DNA of 64,000 nucleotides from Mizuhopecten yessoensis (Eukaryota): NCBI RefSeq assembly GCF_002113885.1, contig NW_018407245.1, positions 126,775 to 190,774 of the forward strand, read 5' to 3'. Shown piece by piece: positions 25,765 to 39,479 of this stretch (position 1 is its first letter; each line of letters starts with the position of its first letter). The notes under the pieces were generated by a model. It saw only the letters and a program-made list of their open reading frames with translations, ran no database searches and was not told where the DNA came from. The position numbers and the translations under genes were made by a program.

Positions 25765-28170
25765 TGACATGACCATAGATACAATAGCTATCACGTCGAG
25801 CTATATATGGGTGTAAGGGATATGACAATGGATACAATAGCTATCACGTCGAGCTATATATTGTTGTAAGGGACATGGCAATGGATACAATAGCTATCGC
25901 GTCGAGCTATATATGGGTGTAAGGGACGTAAAAATGAATAATATAGCTATCACGTCGAGCTATATATGGGTGTAAGGGGTATGACAATGGATACAATAGC
26001 TATCACGTCGAGCTATATATGGGTGAAAGGGATATGACAATGGATACAATAGCTATCACGTCGAGCTCTATATGGGTGTAAGGGACATGGCAATGGATAC
26101 AATAGGTATCACGTCGAGCGATATATGGGTGTAAGGGACGTAACAATGAATAATATAGCTATCACGTCGAGCTATATATGGGTGTACGGGACATGGCAAT
26201 GGATACAATAGCTATCACGTCTAGCTATATATGGGTGTAAGGGACATGACAATGGATACAATAGCTATCACGTCGAGCTCTATATGGGTGTAAGGGACAT
26301 GGCAATGGATACAATAGCTATCACGTCGAGCTATATATGGGTGTAAGGGACGTAACAATGAATAATATAGCTATCACGTCGAGCTATATATGGGTGTAAG
26401 GGACGTAACAATGTATACAATAGCTATCACGTCGAGCTATATATGGGTGTACGGGACGTAACAATGGATACAATAGCTATCACGTCGAGCTCTATATGGG
26501 CGTAAGGGACATGACAATGAATACAATAGCTATCGCGTCGAGCTCTATACGGGTGTAAGGGACATGGCAATGAATACAATAGCTATCACGTCGAGCTCTA
26601 TATGGGCGTAAGGGACATGACAATGAATACAATAGCTATCACGTCGAGCTCTATATGGGTGTAAGGGACATGACAATGAATACAATAGCTCTCACGTCGA
26701 GCTCTATATGGGTGTAAGGGACATGGCAATGGATACAATAGGTATCACGTCGAGCGATATATGGGTGTAAGGGACGTAACAATGAATAATATAGCTATCA
26801 CGTCGAGCTATATATGGGAGTAAGGGACATGACAATGAATACAATAGCTATCGCGTCGAGCTCTATACGGGTGTAAGGGACATGGCAATGAATACAATAG
26901 CTATCACGTCTAGCTATATATGGGTGTAAGGGACATGGCAATGGATGCAATAGCTATCACGTCTAGCTATTAAATTCCTTAATTTCTGAACAAAACGTTG
27001 TGCTATACATTTCTATATATTGGTGTAAGGGACATGGCAATGGATACAATAGCTATCACGTCAAGCTCTATATGGGTGTAAGGGACATGACAATGAATAC
27101 AATAGCTATCGCGTCGAGCTCTATACGGGTGTAAGGGACATGGCAATGAATACAATAGCTATCACGTCGAGCTCTATATGGGCGTAAGGGACATGACAAT
27201 GAATACAATAGCTATCGCGTCGAGCTCTATACGGGTGTAAGGGACATGGCAATGAATACAATAGCTATCACGTCGAGCTCTATATGGGTGTAAGGGACGT
27301 AACAATGGATACAATAGCTATCACGTCGAGCTCTATATGGGCGTAAGGGACATGACAATGAATACAATAGCTATCGCGTCGAGCTCTATACGGGTGTAAG
27401 GGACATGGCAATGAATACAATAGCTATCACGTCTAGCTATATATGGGTGTAAGGGACATGGCAATGGATGCAATAGCCATCACGTCTAGCTATTAAATTC
27501 CTTAATTTCTGAACAAAACGTTGTGCTATACATTTCTATATATTGGTGTAAGGGACATGGCAATGGATACAATAGCTATTACGTCGAGCTCTATATGGGT
27601 GTAAGGGACATGACAATGGATACAATAGCTCTCACGTCGAGCTCTATATGGGTGTAAGGGACATGACAATGGATACAATAGCTCTCACGTCGAGCTCTAT
27701 ATGGGTGTAAGGGACATGACAATGGATACAATAGCTCTCACGTCGAGCTCTATATGGGTGTAAGGGACATGACAATGGATACAATAGCTATCACGTCGAG
27801 CTATATATTGGTGTAAGGGACATGGCAATGGATACAATAGCTATCACGTCAAGCTCTATATGGGTGTAAGGGACATGACAATGAATACAATAGCTATCAC
27901 GTCGAGCTATATATTGGTGTAAGGGACATGGCAATGGATACAATAGCTATTACGTCGAGCTCTATATGGGTGTAAGGGACATGACAATGGATACAATAGC
28001 TATCACGTCCAGCTCTATATGGGTGTAAGGGACATGACAATGAATACAATAGCTATCACGTCGAGCTCTATATGGGTGTAAGGGACATGGCAATGGATAC
28101 AATAGCTATCACGTCTAGCTATTAAATTCCTTAATTTCTGAACAAAACGTTGTGCTATACATTTCTAATA
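25765..28170. repeat. 53-bp minisatellite with higher-order duplications
   Basis: Unit gggacatgacaatggatacaatagctatcacgtcgagctatatatgggtgtaa. The flanking segment ctattaaattccttaatttctgaacaaaacgttgtgctatacatttcta recurs at ~26967, ~27490 and ~28118. Confidence 0.95.
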
Positions 28171-29799
28171 TATGAGTTCAGATAGCTAAAGAGGAGATGG
28201 TCCCTTTTGGAATACTTAGTTTCGTTTCAGTTGGAAATGTGAGAGTTTTCCCGGTTCTCAGTGTTGTCCCTATGGTGACTCTGACTTCAGGTTTTGGATG
28301 GGGCATATTAATTGTTCTTTGATGACATTGACAATTTTCGATAATTCTACACTATTTGGTTGTGGAACCGTTATCTAGATATTGATTAAATCTAAAATTG
28401 TTTAAGGCGAAAGACAAATGAAACGTTAAAAAATTGACATAAACAAGCGAAATTATAACAAGCGTAAGAACCACCATGCAACATTTCACCTCGAATGTTA
28501 ATAGGGTTAAATCTGTACTTTCCAGCATTGGTGTTTGGAGTTGAAAGGTTCCGGAAATGTTGATATAAAATTCATTAAAACAGGGAGTCCATCTTGGATA
28601 AAATGTCAATGGCTCAACGTTTTGTTTGGTTATACATTGTGCAATTCATTATATTTTGTAAATAAGATTTTGAAGTATTCAATCTTTTGGAATAACTTGT
28701 AAAGATTGTGGTGTAATACAAACTAACTATGAAACCTTGCACCGCGTGTAAGGCAGGATATCAAGTAAATTGGTGCCAACAGGTCACGTACAGAGATAGT
28801 CTGGTGTGAAAGTTGCGGTCATACTTGTTTACGCCAATTCACGCACGGACACTGATAAGACATACACTCAGTCCATTAGAAATCAACTTCCGTGTCCGAA
28901 GTGTACTTGACAAATCTTTGCCGATTTATTCATATAGGCAGAAGAAATTATATTAAAACCGTAAGAATAAATGAAATTTGATAAGTACGAGCCTGTTTAC
29001 TAGAAGCCACGACGGAGAGGCACTTAATATATCACCACTGTTTAATTAAACATGCCTGAATATACACCAATTGTGTCTATTGTTTCTTTTGTAGTCTCAT
29101 ACATCACCATGTTGTCCAGTTGTATAAATACAAGTTAGATTCGATAAATGGGGTCTTGCATTCAAGGTCAAAACAGAGATAAAACTGATAAGGCAAAATA
29201 TCTGGAAAACCTTATGGCGCCTGACACCGTTACACCTTAAATGTTTTCGTACTTTCTCTTCACGTTTCGAAAATCACTTTATCATGTATATAAATTAAAA
29301 TTTCGTATTATGGATCATGGTTTTTAAATTATATATTGAAAACAAATCCTAAACTCTTGTTCCATGTAAATTTTGAAAATCAAAATTAAAAAAATGACCA
29401 TATGCTGTGAATTTCAATGCTAGAATGACCACCCTTCACGTTTCTACTTCTCCCTAAGTCACGAAATCCTCATCCCATTTCTTAAAAACTCTTATATACA
29501 CTTTTGTACCTATTAGACATGTTTTCTGCTACACTACGAAACACAATAAAATGACACTAGCGTCAAGGAAATTAATTTCAAACCAAAGTTGTGAATAAGG
29601 TTTAAATAATGTGTATTTAATAATGTGTATACACCACTACATCAACATAAGGGTATACAATCAGAGCTCGACGTCAGAAGCACAAGACAACACCATAAAC
29701 TGTATCTAAAGAACTAATACAAACCGGGAAGTGAGACCAGGGCCTCTGACAAGAGCTTCCTGCACCATATGTGACACCTTTCATATGGTATTCCATAAG

Positions 29800-30455
29800 T
29801 GTATTTGGCCACTTTTAATGGACTTACACACTCATACTCCTCAAATCAAGTTTACCAAAAATCATTTGTGGAAAAGGGTCAGAAATACGCATTAGATATA
29901 CAAGTTATAGATATAGAAGATCAGCTTAAGATATTATCCGTTGTATGTTTAACCATAAGATAGTCTCTAGCAATGATTTGTTCCATAATTAAAATAAAAC
30001 TTTAAAATATTATTACAATATTGAAGTGTAACATGGCCATCAAGTAATGGACATAAACTTGCACACTTCCAAATCAAGTTTACCGATATTAATTTGTAAA
30101 AACAGGTTATAAATACGCATTATATGATAAGATATAGAAGTTCAGCTTAAGATATTATCCGTTGTATGTTTAACCATAATATGCTATAAAGCAATGTTTT
30201 GTTCCATCATTAAAGCACAACTTTAAAACTTCCTGACAAAGTGCAACTTGGCCACCAATTAATGGACCTAAACACTCACACTCTTCAATTAAGTTTGTCA
30301 ATAATAATTTGTATAAATAAATTCTGAATACGCATTATGTGATAAGATATGACATTTAAGCTCGAGATATTATCCGATGCATCTTAAACCATAAAATGTA
30401 ACATAAAACTAACACTACAGCAACGATTTGTTCCATCATTTAAGCACAACATTTT
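29800..30455. repeat. Diverged ~215-230 bp triplication upstream of gene C
   Basis: Three related blocks starting tggcca...taatggac at ~29806, ~30035 and ~30249, each containing gct(t/c)(a/g)agatattatccg and ttgttccat. Confidence 0.8.
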
Positions 30456-30637
30456 GTGCGCGTGATTAATGTAATTTGATACTCTTCTAACCTTCTTCAA
30501 CTTGATAATTATGTCCTATATTTAGTAGAAATGTGAGGCACTAGGGAATGTCAAGCTGACGAGTGTTATAAAAGTGTAGCCCGTCCAGGAACCACATATG
30601 ATAAGGACACAGCGGTAACAATAGCGATACTGACATC

Positions 30638-32766
30638 ATGTTGGTGCTTAATATTTTTCTCATTCTTTTCCTGGCCTATGTTTCTTCTGACGAGGATACA
30701 TTGGAGGCTGTTCATGAGGACGAGAATAAATTTGGACATTTGGAGTTCGACTCCCTTCCTGAAAGAGTGAAGGAAGTCCTACGTGAAAGCAGGGCTACTG
30801 ACAATGGGTAAGTATTACTTTATTTTACTTACTAGTACTCTATTTTTAGGTTCGAAAATGTTACTTTTTGTATCTTTAGATGTTTGTTTGATTTAAATTC
30901 ATTGGCATTTTACTGCATACTTACTTGTCTAGACAAAATCAATTCATATGACATATGTCATATACATATGACATACGAATGTCATAAGTCGATTGCAGAA
31001 TTACACCACCGGAATACATCATAATTACCCTGTATAATAAGAACATTAGTATGTATACACAGTATAAATACGTACATTGCTATATACACTGCGTCGTTAC
31101 ATAATTGGCTATATAAAATGTATAATTACATATGTTGCTATATAGACTGTATACTTTAGTATAGTATCAAGCTCTAAGACGGTGTGTCTTAGTAGATAAT
31201 AATTTTCTTCTGTTTTTATGAAAAAATATTATGCAGGAACCGCTTATCCTTCTGGAACACCTGGTTTAGTATCCGTTTATAGGTTGAGATTTATGGTATA
31301 ATTCTTTAATGTTGTGTCATCGGTTCCTTAACTGACTTTCGAATCATTTTGAATTCCGATTTTTTCCTGATAATTCGACACTATGGATAATTTTGATTAT
31401 ATTTGATAAATTCCATATATATTTCATCCTTATGTTTGTTTTGTAGGGACCACTGGTGCTGCAAAATTACCCCCACAAAAACCATTGTAGATTCGCACGT
31501 GTCGACTATACGCGTTACTGTACCGGTCAAACATACGGGCACACGACACTGCGGATTTCTCCATCTTGGACGTTGCCATACCACAAGTTACACGGCGGGG
31601 TATATGGCTAAGCTTCTTTTCTATATCATTTTACATGTGATACGTAGAACAGGAACTTCAAATGCTGTTGTGGAGACAATAACGGGTTACACAACACAAA
31701 AGGCTGTCTTTATTGTCATGTAGTGATGCTTTTAATCGTAAAGATGACAACAGATATATGCCCTTGATGATAAAGATACTTTACAATCGGGAATTCTCCA
31801 ATTGAAAAACATGTTATTGACAAAAAAATACTACAATTGTCGCGAAATGGAATTTTGATGTGATCGAATTGGTGCATTATTGCATTGTGTTATTAAGTGT
31901 TTGGGTAAATGCTGTAGTGTCGTGATAAGCTCTGTATTGGTAATCTGTTGTGTCACAAACTCTGCTTTATAGTTTGTTGTTGTGTCGTACTTTGCATTGC
32001 TATCAATAATCATTAACTCCTACATTCTGTACTTCTCTTTAAAAAAACCATAATTGAAATGAACTTTGCATTACAATATGCATATAATTAAAAGAAACAT
32101 GCGTATGCGTATGTAAAAAAGATACCCTTTCTATGAGTTGCACCTCTGTCTATAACTGTATATTTTTATATAGGTATAAAACGGGTTATAAAGCTACCTA
32201 CAGCAGCAGAGTAGTGCACACTACCTGTCCTGATAAACACCTGACATGCTGCAACAACTACATCTTAGTCGCTGGTCAATGCCTTCGTAAGTTTGAAATT
32301 TTCTAGTAAAGACCATTTACCATTAAACACTTTATTCTATATCAATGTGTGTTAACCTTTATATGATAAGTCTTATGATAAGTCGGGTGGTCGGGTGGCG
32401 CAGTGGATAGCGCACTTGCCTTTCACCAATGCGTCCGGGGATCGATTTCCCGATCGGACGTGAAAAGGTATGGGGTTACCTGCCCGACCGCGTGGGTTTT
32501 CTATGGGTACTCCGGTTTCCTCCCACATTCCCATGCGCGCTAACATACGGGCCAATAAATATTTAATAGAAGTTGAACTTACTTGTTTCATAATTGTTGT
32601 AAAATAAATAAAGTTTATATTAAGATAAGTCTGACTTTATTGGGAGTATTAAATGTTATCTATTTATATACAAGTATTCATTTGATCTATTCCAGTGGCC
32701 AGTCGACTCCCCGACATACAGGGCGATCTCATCAACCTGCACAACCATGATATAGTCGTTGGTTAA
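30638..32766 (+). CDS. Gene C: secreted 8-Cys EMI-like protein, 168 aa (paralogue 2)
   Basis: TATAAAA at 30567. Exons 30638-30807, 31447-31599, 32174-32286, 32696-32766 (phases 2,2,1). MLVLNIFLILFLAYVSS-DEDTLEAVHEDENKFGHLEFDSLPERVKEVLRESR-ATDNGDHWCCKITPTKTIVDSHVSTIRVTVPVKHTGTRHCGFLHLGRCHTTSYTAGYKTGYKATYSSRVVHTTCPDKHLTCCNNYILVAGQCLLASRLPDIQGDLINLHNHDIVVG*. AATAAA at 32774. Confidence 0.9.
32385..32622 (+). mobile_element. Full-length tRNA-derived V-domain SINE in gene C intron 3
   Basis: A box gtggcgcagtgg, B-box-like ggatcgattt, V core gggttttctatgggtactccggtttcctcccac, AT-rich tail; flanked by gataagtc direct repeats (probable TSD). Confidence 0.85.
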
Positions 32767-33659
32767 TTGTGAAAATAAAGAGGAATACAATTTGATTACA
32801 ACATTAATGATTTTTTGTGTTTATTTTTAATAAACGCTGGTTTTGTCAAAATGAACTAAGGATACAAAATATTTGTTTCCAAGTGTGTCACTAATTCTGT
32901 GTGGTCCATTGCTATAAATAAACTATGTGTTTCACACAGAATTAGATGTGTTTAATGAATACACGAAGAAATCCCAAAAGAAATGTAGTAGCAACTAATT
33001 GCTAGGGTTTCATGTTACTTCACAACTGAGCGTAATGCATGATTTCTCCAGGTTAATTAATATTTTTGAAAAATGTATTTTTTTCCAACTCTTGTATCAA
33101 ACTTTTTAAAAACATATACTATAACGCAGAAAGATTGAGAAGTAACTTATACATTGTTGAATATTTTGCGTTTCATTCTTAATTACATGCACATCCTGAA
33201 ATCAATGTAAAGGTAGAAACGTTGTTTGTTTGTTTTGTTGGTGGGAGGGGGGTTCAACATTTTGTTTTTTGTTTTTTAAACATTTAAGTTTAAAAAGGCT
33301 TTAATTTATCCTTTTCTCCCTTTCTCCCTATCTCTGCTGGTAAACATAGTATACCTACACGTCGGTTAGAGATTACAAAGGTTTTTAACTTCTTAATTAG
33401 ATAGTTATGTTCTGTGGGTTCGTGTCCACCATTTTCGTGTCAATTTGTTTCGTATTTTCTCTTTAACTCGACTGTACTTGTCGTTGGGGTATACTTTTGA
33501 TTAAACCTGATTTTATAATAGAAATGAAATGTTCAAAGAAACCAAGACATCAAACAAAACACCATATGAAATACAGACAAGAACTGTTAAGAATCAATTT
33601 AAGACGTGATATGATATGGGGATATGGTGGTGTCAGGCAAGATATCATATAGCAGCATA

Positions 33660-36200
33660 AGGGGACAGGGATTTGTTCTTGAGATACATCATATGGGGAC
33701 GGACAAAGTAATTGTTTTTGAGAGACATCATATGGGGACGGACAAAGTAATTGTTTTTGAGAGACATCATATGGGGACGGTCGAGGTATTTGTTTTTGAG
33801 AGACATCATATGGGGACGGACAAAGTAATTGTTTTTGAGAGACATCATATGGGGACGGACAAAGTAATTGTTCTTGAGAGACATCATATGGGGACGGTCG
33901 AGGTATTTGTTTTTGAGAGACATCATATGGGGACGGTCGAGGTATTCGTTTTTGAGAGACATCATATAGGGACGGACAATGTAATTGTCCTGGAGAGACA
34001 TCATATAGGGACGGTCGAGGTATTCGTTTTTGAGAGACATCATACGGGGACGGACAAAGTAATTGTTCTTGAGAGACATCATATGTGTACGGTCGAGTTA
34101 TTCGTTTTTGAGAGACATCATATGGGGACGGTCGAGGTATTCGTTTTTGAGAGACATCATAGGGGGACGGACAAAGTATTTGTTCTTGAGTGACATCATA
34201 TGGGGACGGACAAAGTATTTGCTCTTGAGTGACATCATATGGGGACGGACAAAGTATTTGCTCTTGAGTGACATCATATGGGGACGGACAATGTATTTGT
34301 TCTTGAGTGACATCATATGGGGACGGACAAAGTATTTGCTCTTGAGTGACATCATATGGGGACGGACAATGTATTTGTTCTTGAGTGACATCATATGGGG
34401 ACGGACAAAGTATTTGCTCTTGAGTGACATCATATGGGGACGGACAAAGTATTTGTCCAGGAGAAAGACCATATAGGGACGGTTGAGGTATTCGTTTTTG
34501 AGATACATCATATGGGGACGGACAAAGGATTTGTCCAGGAGAAAGATCATATAGGGACGGTTGAGGTATTCGTTTTTGAGAGACATCATATGGGGACGGC
34601 CAAAGTAATTGTTCTTGAGAGACATCATATGTGTACGGTCGAGTTATTCGTTTTTGAGAGACATCATATGGGGACGGACAAAGGATTTGTCCAGGAGAAA
34701 GATCATATAGGGACGGTTGAGGTATTCGTTTTTGAGATACATCATATGGGGACGGACAAAGAATTTGTCCAGGAGAAAGATCATATAGGGACGGTTGAGG
34801 TATTCGTTTTAGAGAGACATCATATAGGGACGGACAATGTAATTGTCCTGGAGAGACATCATATAGGGACGGTCGAGGTATTCGTTTTTGAGAGACATCA
34901 TATGGGGACGGCCAAAGTAATTGTTCTTGAGAGACATCATATGGGGATGGTCGAGGTATTCGTTTTTGAGAGACATCATACGGGGACGGACAAAGTAATT
35001 GTTCTTGAGATACATCATATGGGGACGGACAAAGAATTTGTCCAGGAGAAAGATCATATAGGGACGGTTGAGGTATTCGTTTTTGAGATACATCATATGG
35101 GGACGGACAAAGAATTTGTCCAGGAGAAAGATCATATAGGGACGGTTGAGGTATTCGTTTTTGAGAGACATCATATAGGGACGGACAATGTAATTGTCCT
35201 GGAGTGACATCATATAGGGACGGTCGAGGTATTCGTTTTTGAGAGACATCATATGGGGACGGACAAAGTATTTGTTCTTGAGTGACATCATATGGGGACG
35301 GACAATGTATTTGTCATTGAGAAACATCATATGGGGACGGACAATATATTTGTCCTTGAGAGTCACCATATGGGGACAAGGATTTCTTCTTGAGAGACAT
35401 CATACGGGAACGGACAAAGTATTTGTCCTTGAGTGACATCATATGGGGACAAGGATTTGTTCTTGAGAGACATCATATGGGGTCAAGGATTTATTTTTGA
35501 CAAACATCATATGAGAACAGACACTGTATTTGTCCTTGAGAGAGATCATATAGGGACTGTCGAGGTATTCGTTCTTGAGAGACATCAAATGGGGACGGAC
35601 AAAGTATTTGTCCTTAAGAGACATCATATGGGGAGAAGGATTTATTCTTGAGTGACATCATACGGGGACGGACAAATAATTTGTCCTTGAGAGACAGCAT
35701 ATGGGGACAAGGATTTGTTCTTGAGAGATATCATACGGAGACGGACAAAGTATTTGTCCTTGAGAGACAAAGGATGTATTCTTGAGAGACATCATATGGC
35801 GACAAGGATTTGTTCTTGAGAGACATCATACGGGGACGGACAAAGTATTTGTCCTGAGAGACATCTTATGGAGACAAGGATTTGTTCTTGAGAGATATCA
35901 TACGGAGACGGACAAAGTATTTGTCCTTGAGAGACAAAGGATTTATTCTTGAGAGACATCATACGGGGACGGACAAAGTATTCGTTCTTGAGAGACATCA
36001 TACGGGGACAGACAAAGGATTTATTCTTGAGAGACATCATACGGGGACGGACAAAGGATTTATTCTTGAGAGACATCATACGGGGACGGACAAAGGATTT
36101 ATTCTTGAGAGACATCATACGGGGACGGACAAAGTATTCGTTCTTGAGAGACATCATATGGGGACGGACAACGTATTTGAGACACCATATGGGGACAAAT
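33660..36200. repeat. 39-bp minisatellite (~65 units) between convergent genes C and D
   Basis: Unit gagagacatcatatggggacggacaaagtatttgttctt. The length is a multiple of 3, which explains the 13-aa-repeat ORFs on both strands. Confidence 0.95.
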
Positions 36201-36942
36201 TAGTTTCAAAAGAGACGTCAGATGATGTCAGGAGAGATAATTTTGAGACAACCTCGTGTCAGAATAATAGTTTTAATAGGTATTTTATATCAGTATATGT
36301 AGCGGAATATATATTTGGGCAAAGTAGTGCCAGAAGGGACATCATATGGAAACAAAGTAGTGTGAGGAGAGGCATGATATGGGAATTTGATGGTGACAGG
36401 AGTGACATTATATGGGACATATTAGTGTCAGGATAGAAATACTATAAAAAGGAGTGCCGAAAGATAAACATAAATTAACAAAAGGGCAACAGTAAGAAAA
36501 ATTTAAACCATTCTTCACTAGTTTGAAAGGTCAAATGAATGAACATTTAATGTCTACTTCTGGAAGATATCCAGAAAAAAGCAAAAAAAGGGAAGGTGTC
36601 AATAGCAACTGTTTCCGAAAAAAAAGTTGCAATGCTACGACCAGGCTCAGGGAACGATATTCTACAGCAGAGTAAACCACCTTGTAAAATGATCACTAGA
36701 AAAAATGAAAATCAAAGCATATATTGGAAAGTTTTGTTTTAAAATACAGAACACTAAACAAAGTAAATATTTTACTACACCATACGTGTATTTCCTTCCA
36801 TTTTGGACTTATCAGAGTATCCTGACGCCAGGGATAGACAACCCCAGGGAAAGATTTATATTACTATCAAGGAAAGGAAAACTAAAGACCAGGAAGGTTT
36901 GAATATGATGTTTATTTTTTCTCTGTAACAAATACATAGCTA

Positions 36943-38868
36943 TTAGCCAATAAGTTGCATCGTCAGTTCATGGAGGTCATCCAGATCTGAAACAAAATCA
37001 GAACTGAATTATCAATGATGACAGAAAAATTGTTCATATTCCGCTATATATACTGATATAAAATACCTATTAAAACCATTAGGGTATGCAATTATCGACA
37101 TAAGAGTGTCTTAAAATAACATCTTAAACGTTGGGTCATGGGGTATTATACGTAATCATACAATACGAGTAAACGAATGCTTCATATAAAGTGAATCATA
37201 TTATTATATGCTATCATATTGCAGTAATAAAGGTTATCCTATTATGTAACACAGTCATCATGGTTAGTTGTTCTGAGTTTATAAACAAACTTACATCATT
37301 CAAAACGTTCCATTCAATGTTCTTATTATAATCATAAACATAGTAAAAACGGTGTCAACAGATCATAAATAAAACAGAAGGAAAACTCGCCAACAAAGAA
37401 GATGAAGAACGAGACCGACATGAAGTTGGTGGATGTAACACTATCGGTATTGTAGGGAATAAATACCCAAACTTTAACGATTACAATAACGATATCGTCT
37501 GTATAAGGACTTGATTGTGTTAATTTTGATGTTCCTGATACTTACGAACACATGATTCTGCAACCATGATGTACATGTTGCAGCAGACGATATGACGATC
37601 AGGACAGTCCCCGGATCTCACCTGTGTGTAGTATGCTGTCACGTAGAACGTCTGCTGTCTGGAATCATAGAAAATATCCATAACTTAAATGGGTCTACGA
37701 TGAACATCACATCGTTGTCAAACTGTGTTCTCTACTCAAACTAATGAATGTATTAAGAAGTCCACATTTACCTATAAACTTCATCTGCATTACAGTAGTG
37801 TACTGTATTGAGAAATCCACATTTACCTGTAAACTTTATCTGTGTTGGCGCATTGTCCTGTACTGAGAAATATCCACATTTACCTGTAAACTTTATCTGT
37901 ATTGGCGCATTGTGCTGTACTGAGAAATATCCACATTTACCTGTAAACTTTATCTGTGTTGGCGCATTGTCCTGTACTGAGAAATATCCACATTTACCTG
38001 TAAACTTCATCTGTATTGGTGCAGTGTCCTGTACTGAGCAATCCACATTTATGTGACGTAGCCACTGTGTCTACCACAGCACGCACTCGTTGGACCTTCC
38101 TCGACTTAGTTTCAATGATCACTGGCTTATTACGGCAGCAAAGGTGCTGTCTGTACAAATGAAACAAGACAAAGAATAATTTCACAAAACACTAATTAAA
38201 CAGGCATTTATGCATATTTTCGTCATCGTCTTTAGCTATTGTTTTTTCCTTGTTGACATCGTCATGGGTAATTTAAATATGTATGGTGTGATCTTTAAAA
38301 CGAGAACACTTTCATTAATACAAAGGAAAATGTAAAATTATCGCCTCTCTAAAAAATCACTTTTGATATTCAATATATGACATATCTTTATTAACGGATT
38401 CCAATTAGAGTGAAAGCAAAATATGACAAAAACATTAATGTATGTCATACTTATGATATCAAACCAAACATGTCAACATAAAAAAGGTAAATTTAGTATT
38501 AGAATGCATAAAATTAACTCAAAGGTTTATCAATCAAAATAACAAGTGTTGCAAAAAGGTAAAAAAAATATGTATTTTACTATTTAGAATCCAATAATTG
38601 AAACATTATATCTATATCATATACATGATATGACAAACCTGACTTAACATACAATTGTGTTACCATTGTTAGCTTACCCAGTAGGAATACTACGGACTAG
38701 ATTCCCCACCGCGACAGGAAGGTCTTCGGGGTCAGCGTGAGCTAAGGCGTTGAGTTCGCTATCAAGGACAGATTCTTTCCTCCCCAACTTCAAAAGTATA
38801 TCATTATAGGTTGATCCACAGCTAGCCGTAGCAACGAAAAGGAGGAGTGAGACAACCAGTGCCTTCAT
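36943..38868 (-). CDS. Gene D: secreted 8-Cys EMI-like protein, 166 aa (paralogue 3)
   Basis: TATAAA ~38931-38926. Exons 38868-38678, 38150-37998, 37658-37546, 36986-36943 (phases 2,2,1). MKALVVSLLLFVATASCG-STYNDILLKLGRKESVLDSELNALAHADPEDLPVAVGNLVR-SIPTGQHLCCRNKPVIIETKSRKVQRVRAVVDTVATSHKCGLLSTGHCTNTDEVYRQQTFYVTAYYTQVRSGDCPDRHIVCCNMYIMVAESCVHLDDLHELTMQLIG*. AATAAA at 36916-36911. Confidence 0.9.
37760..38050. repeat. 57-bp tandem repeat (~5 copies) made of the 3' end of gene D exon 2 plus its splice donor
   Basis: Minus-strand unit TGTGGATATTTCTCAGTACAGGACAATGCGCCAACACAGATAAAGTTTACAG|GTAAA; the first unit is the coding CGLLSTGHCTNTDEVYR. Confidence 0.92.
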
Positions 38869-39278
38869 GATTGTCGTCTTTGACTGTTTGCTCAGAAATA
38901 ATTGACTGATAAGAAGGAACTGCCGTTTATACCAATGTTTACTATACTGATGAATACCACTATCAATCAGATTGGTATAATATGATACTTTAAAAGAAAG
39001 TGAGACTTATCTTATATTTACAGAAAATAACACCTTATTTCTAATGAAACGTACTTTACAGAAATATATCCTTTTGTGGTATTGAACCTCATAATTATCA
39101 TGTAAATAAAATATGTCTATGTACATTTTATAGACGAAAAACAATAATACCAATTATAACGATTTCCTAAGTTATAGTTCTCCCTTAGTTGAAAGATCTT
39201 TTTAGCGTAAACAATAGTTATACCTAGTACCAAATACAAGAACAGCATACCAGATACATTTCTGTATTTGAACTAAAA

Positions 39279-39479
39279 CTGTATCATGGGAAAATTTCGC
39301 CTTGTCAAAGTTTCGCCCTTCGCCCATGCAATCAATTTCGCCCGATGGTAATTTCGCCCTTCACATTTAATTACTTAGTTGAATGAACTGTCTACATACA
39401 TTTGCTATATTGGTAGAAATCATTAAGAAGGCGAAAAGGCGAAAATTAAACTGCAGCGAAAATGTCCTTGTATACAGTA
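39279..39479. mobile_element. Tc1/mariner-type MITE with TTTCGCC subterminal repeats (related degenerate copy ~14790-15005)
   Basis: actgta...tacagt termini, tandem tttcgcc motifs on the left arm and ggcgaaa on the right arm. Confidence 0.6.

Noticed and set aside
33624-36436. Long 13-aa-repeat ORFs (ERHHMGTDKVIVF, MMSLKNKYFVRPH, RDIIWGRTKYL) on both strands
   Set aside because: By-product of a 39-bp satellite: open in several frames on both strands, broken by stops and frameshifts, with no signal peptide or splice support.
37768-38056. 19-aa-repeat ORFs (QDNAPTQIKFTGKCGYFSV / EKYPHLPVNFIC)
   Set aside because: Off-frame translations of the 57-bp repeat; only the first unit is coding, in gene D's frame.
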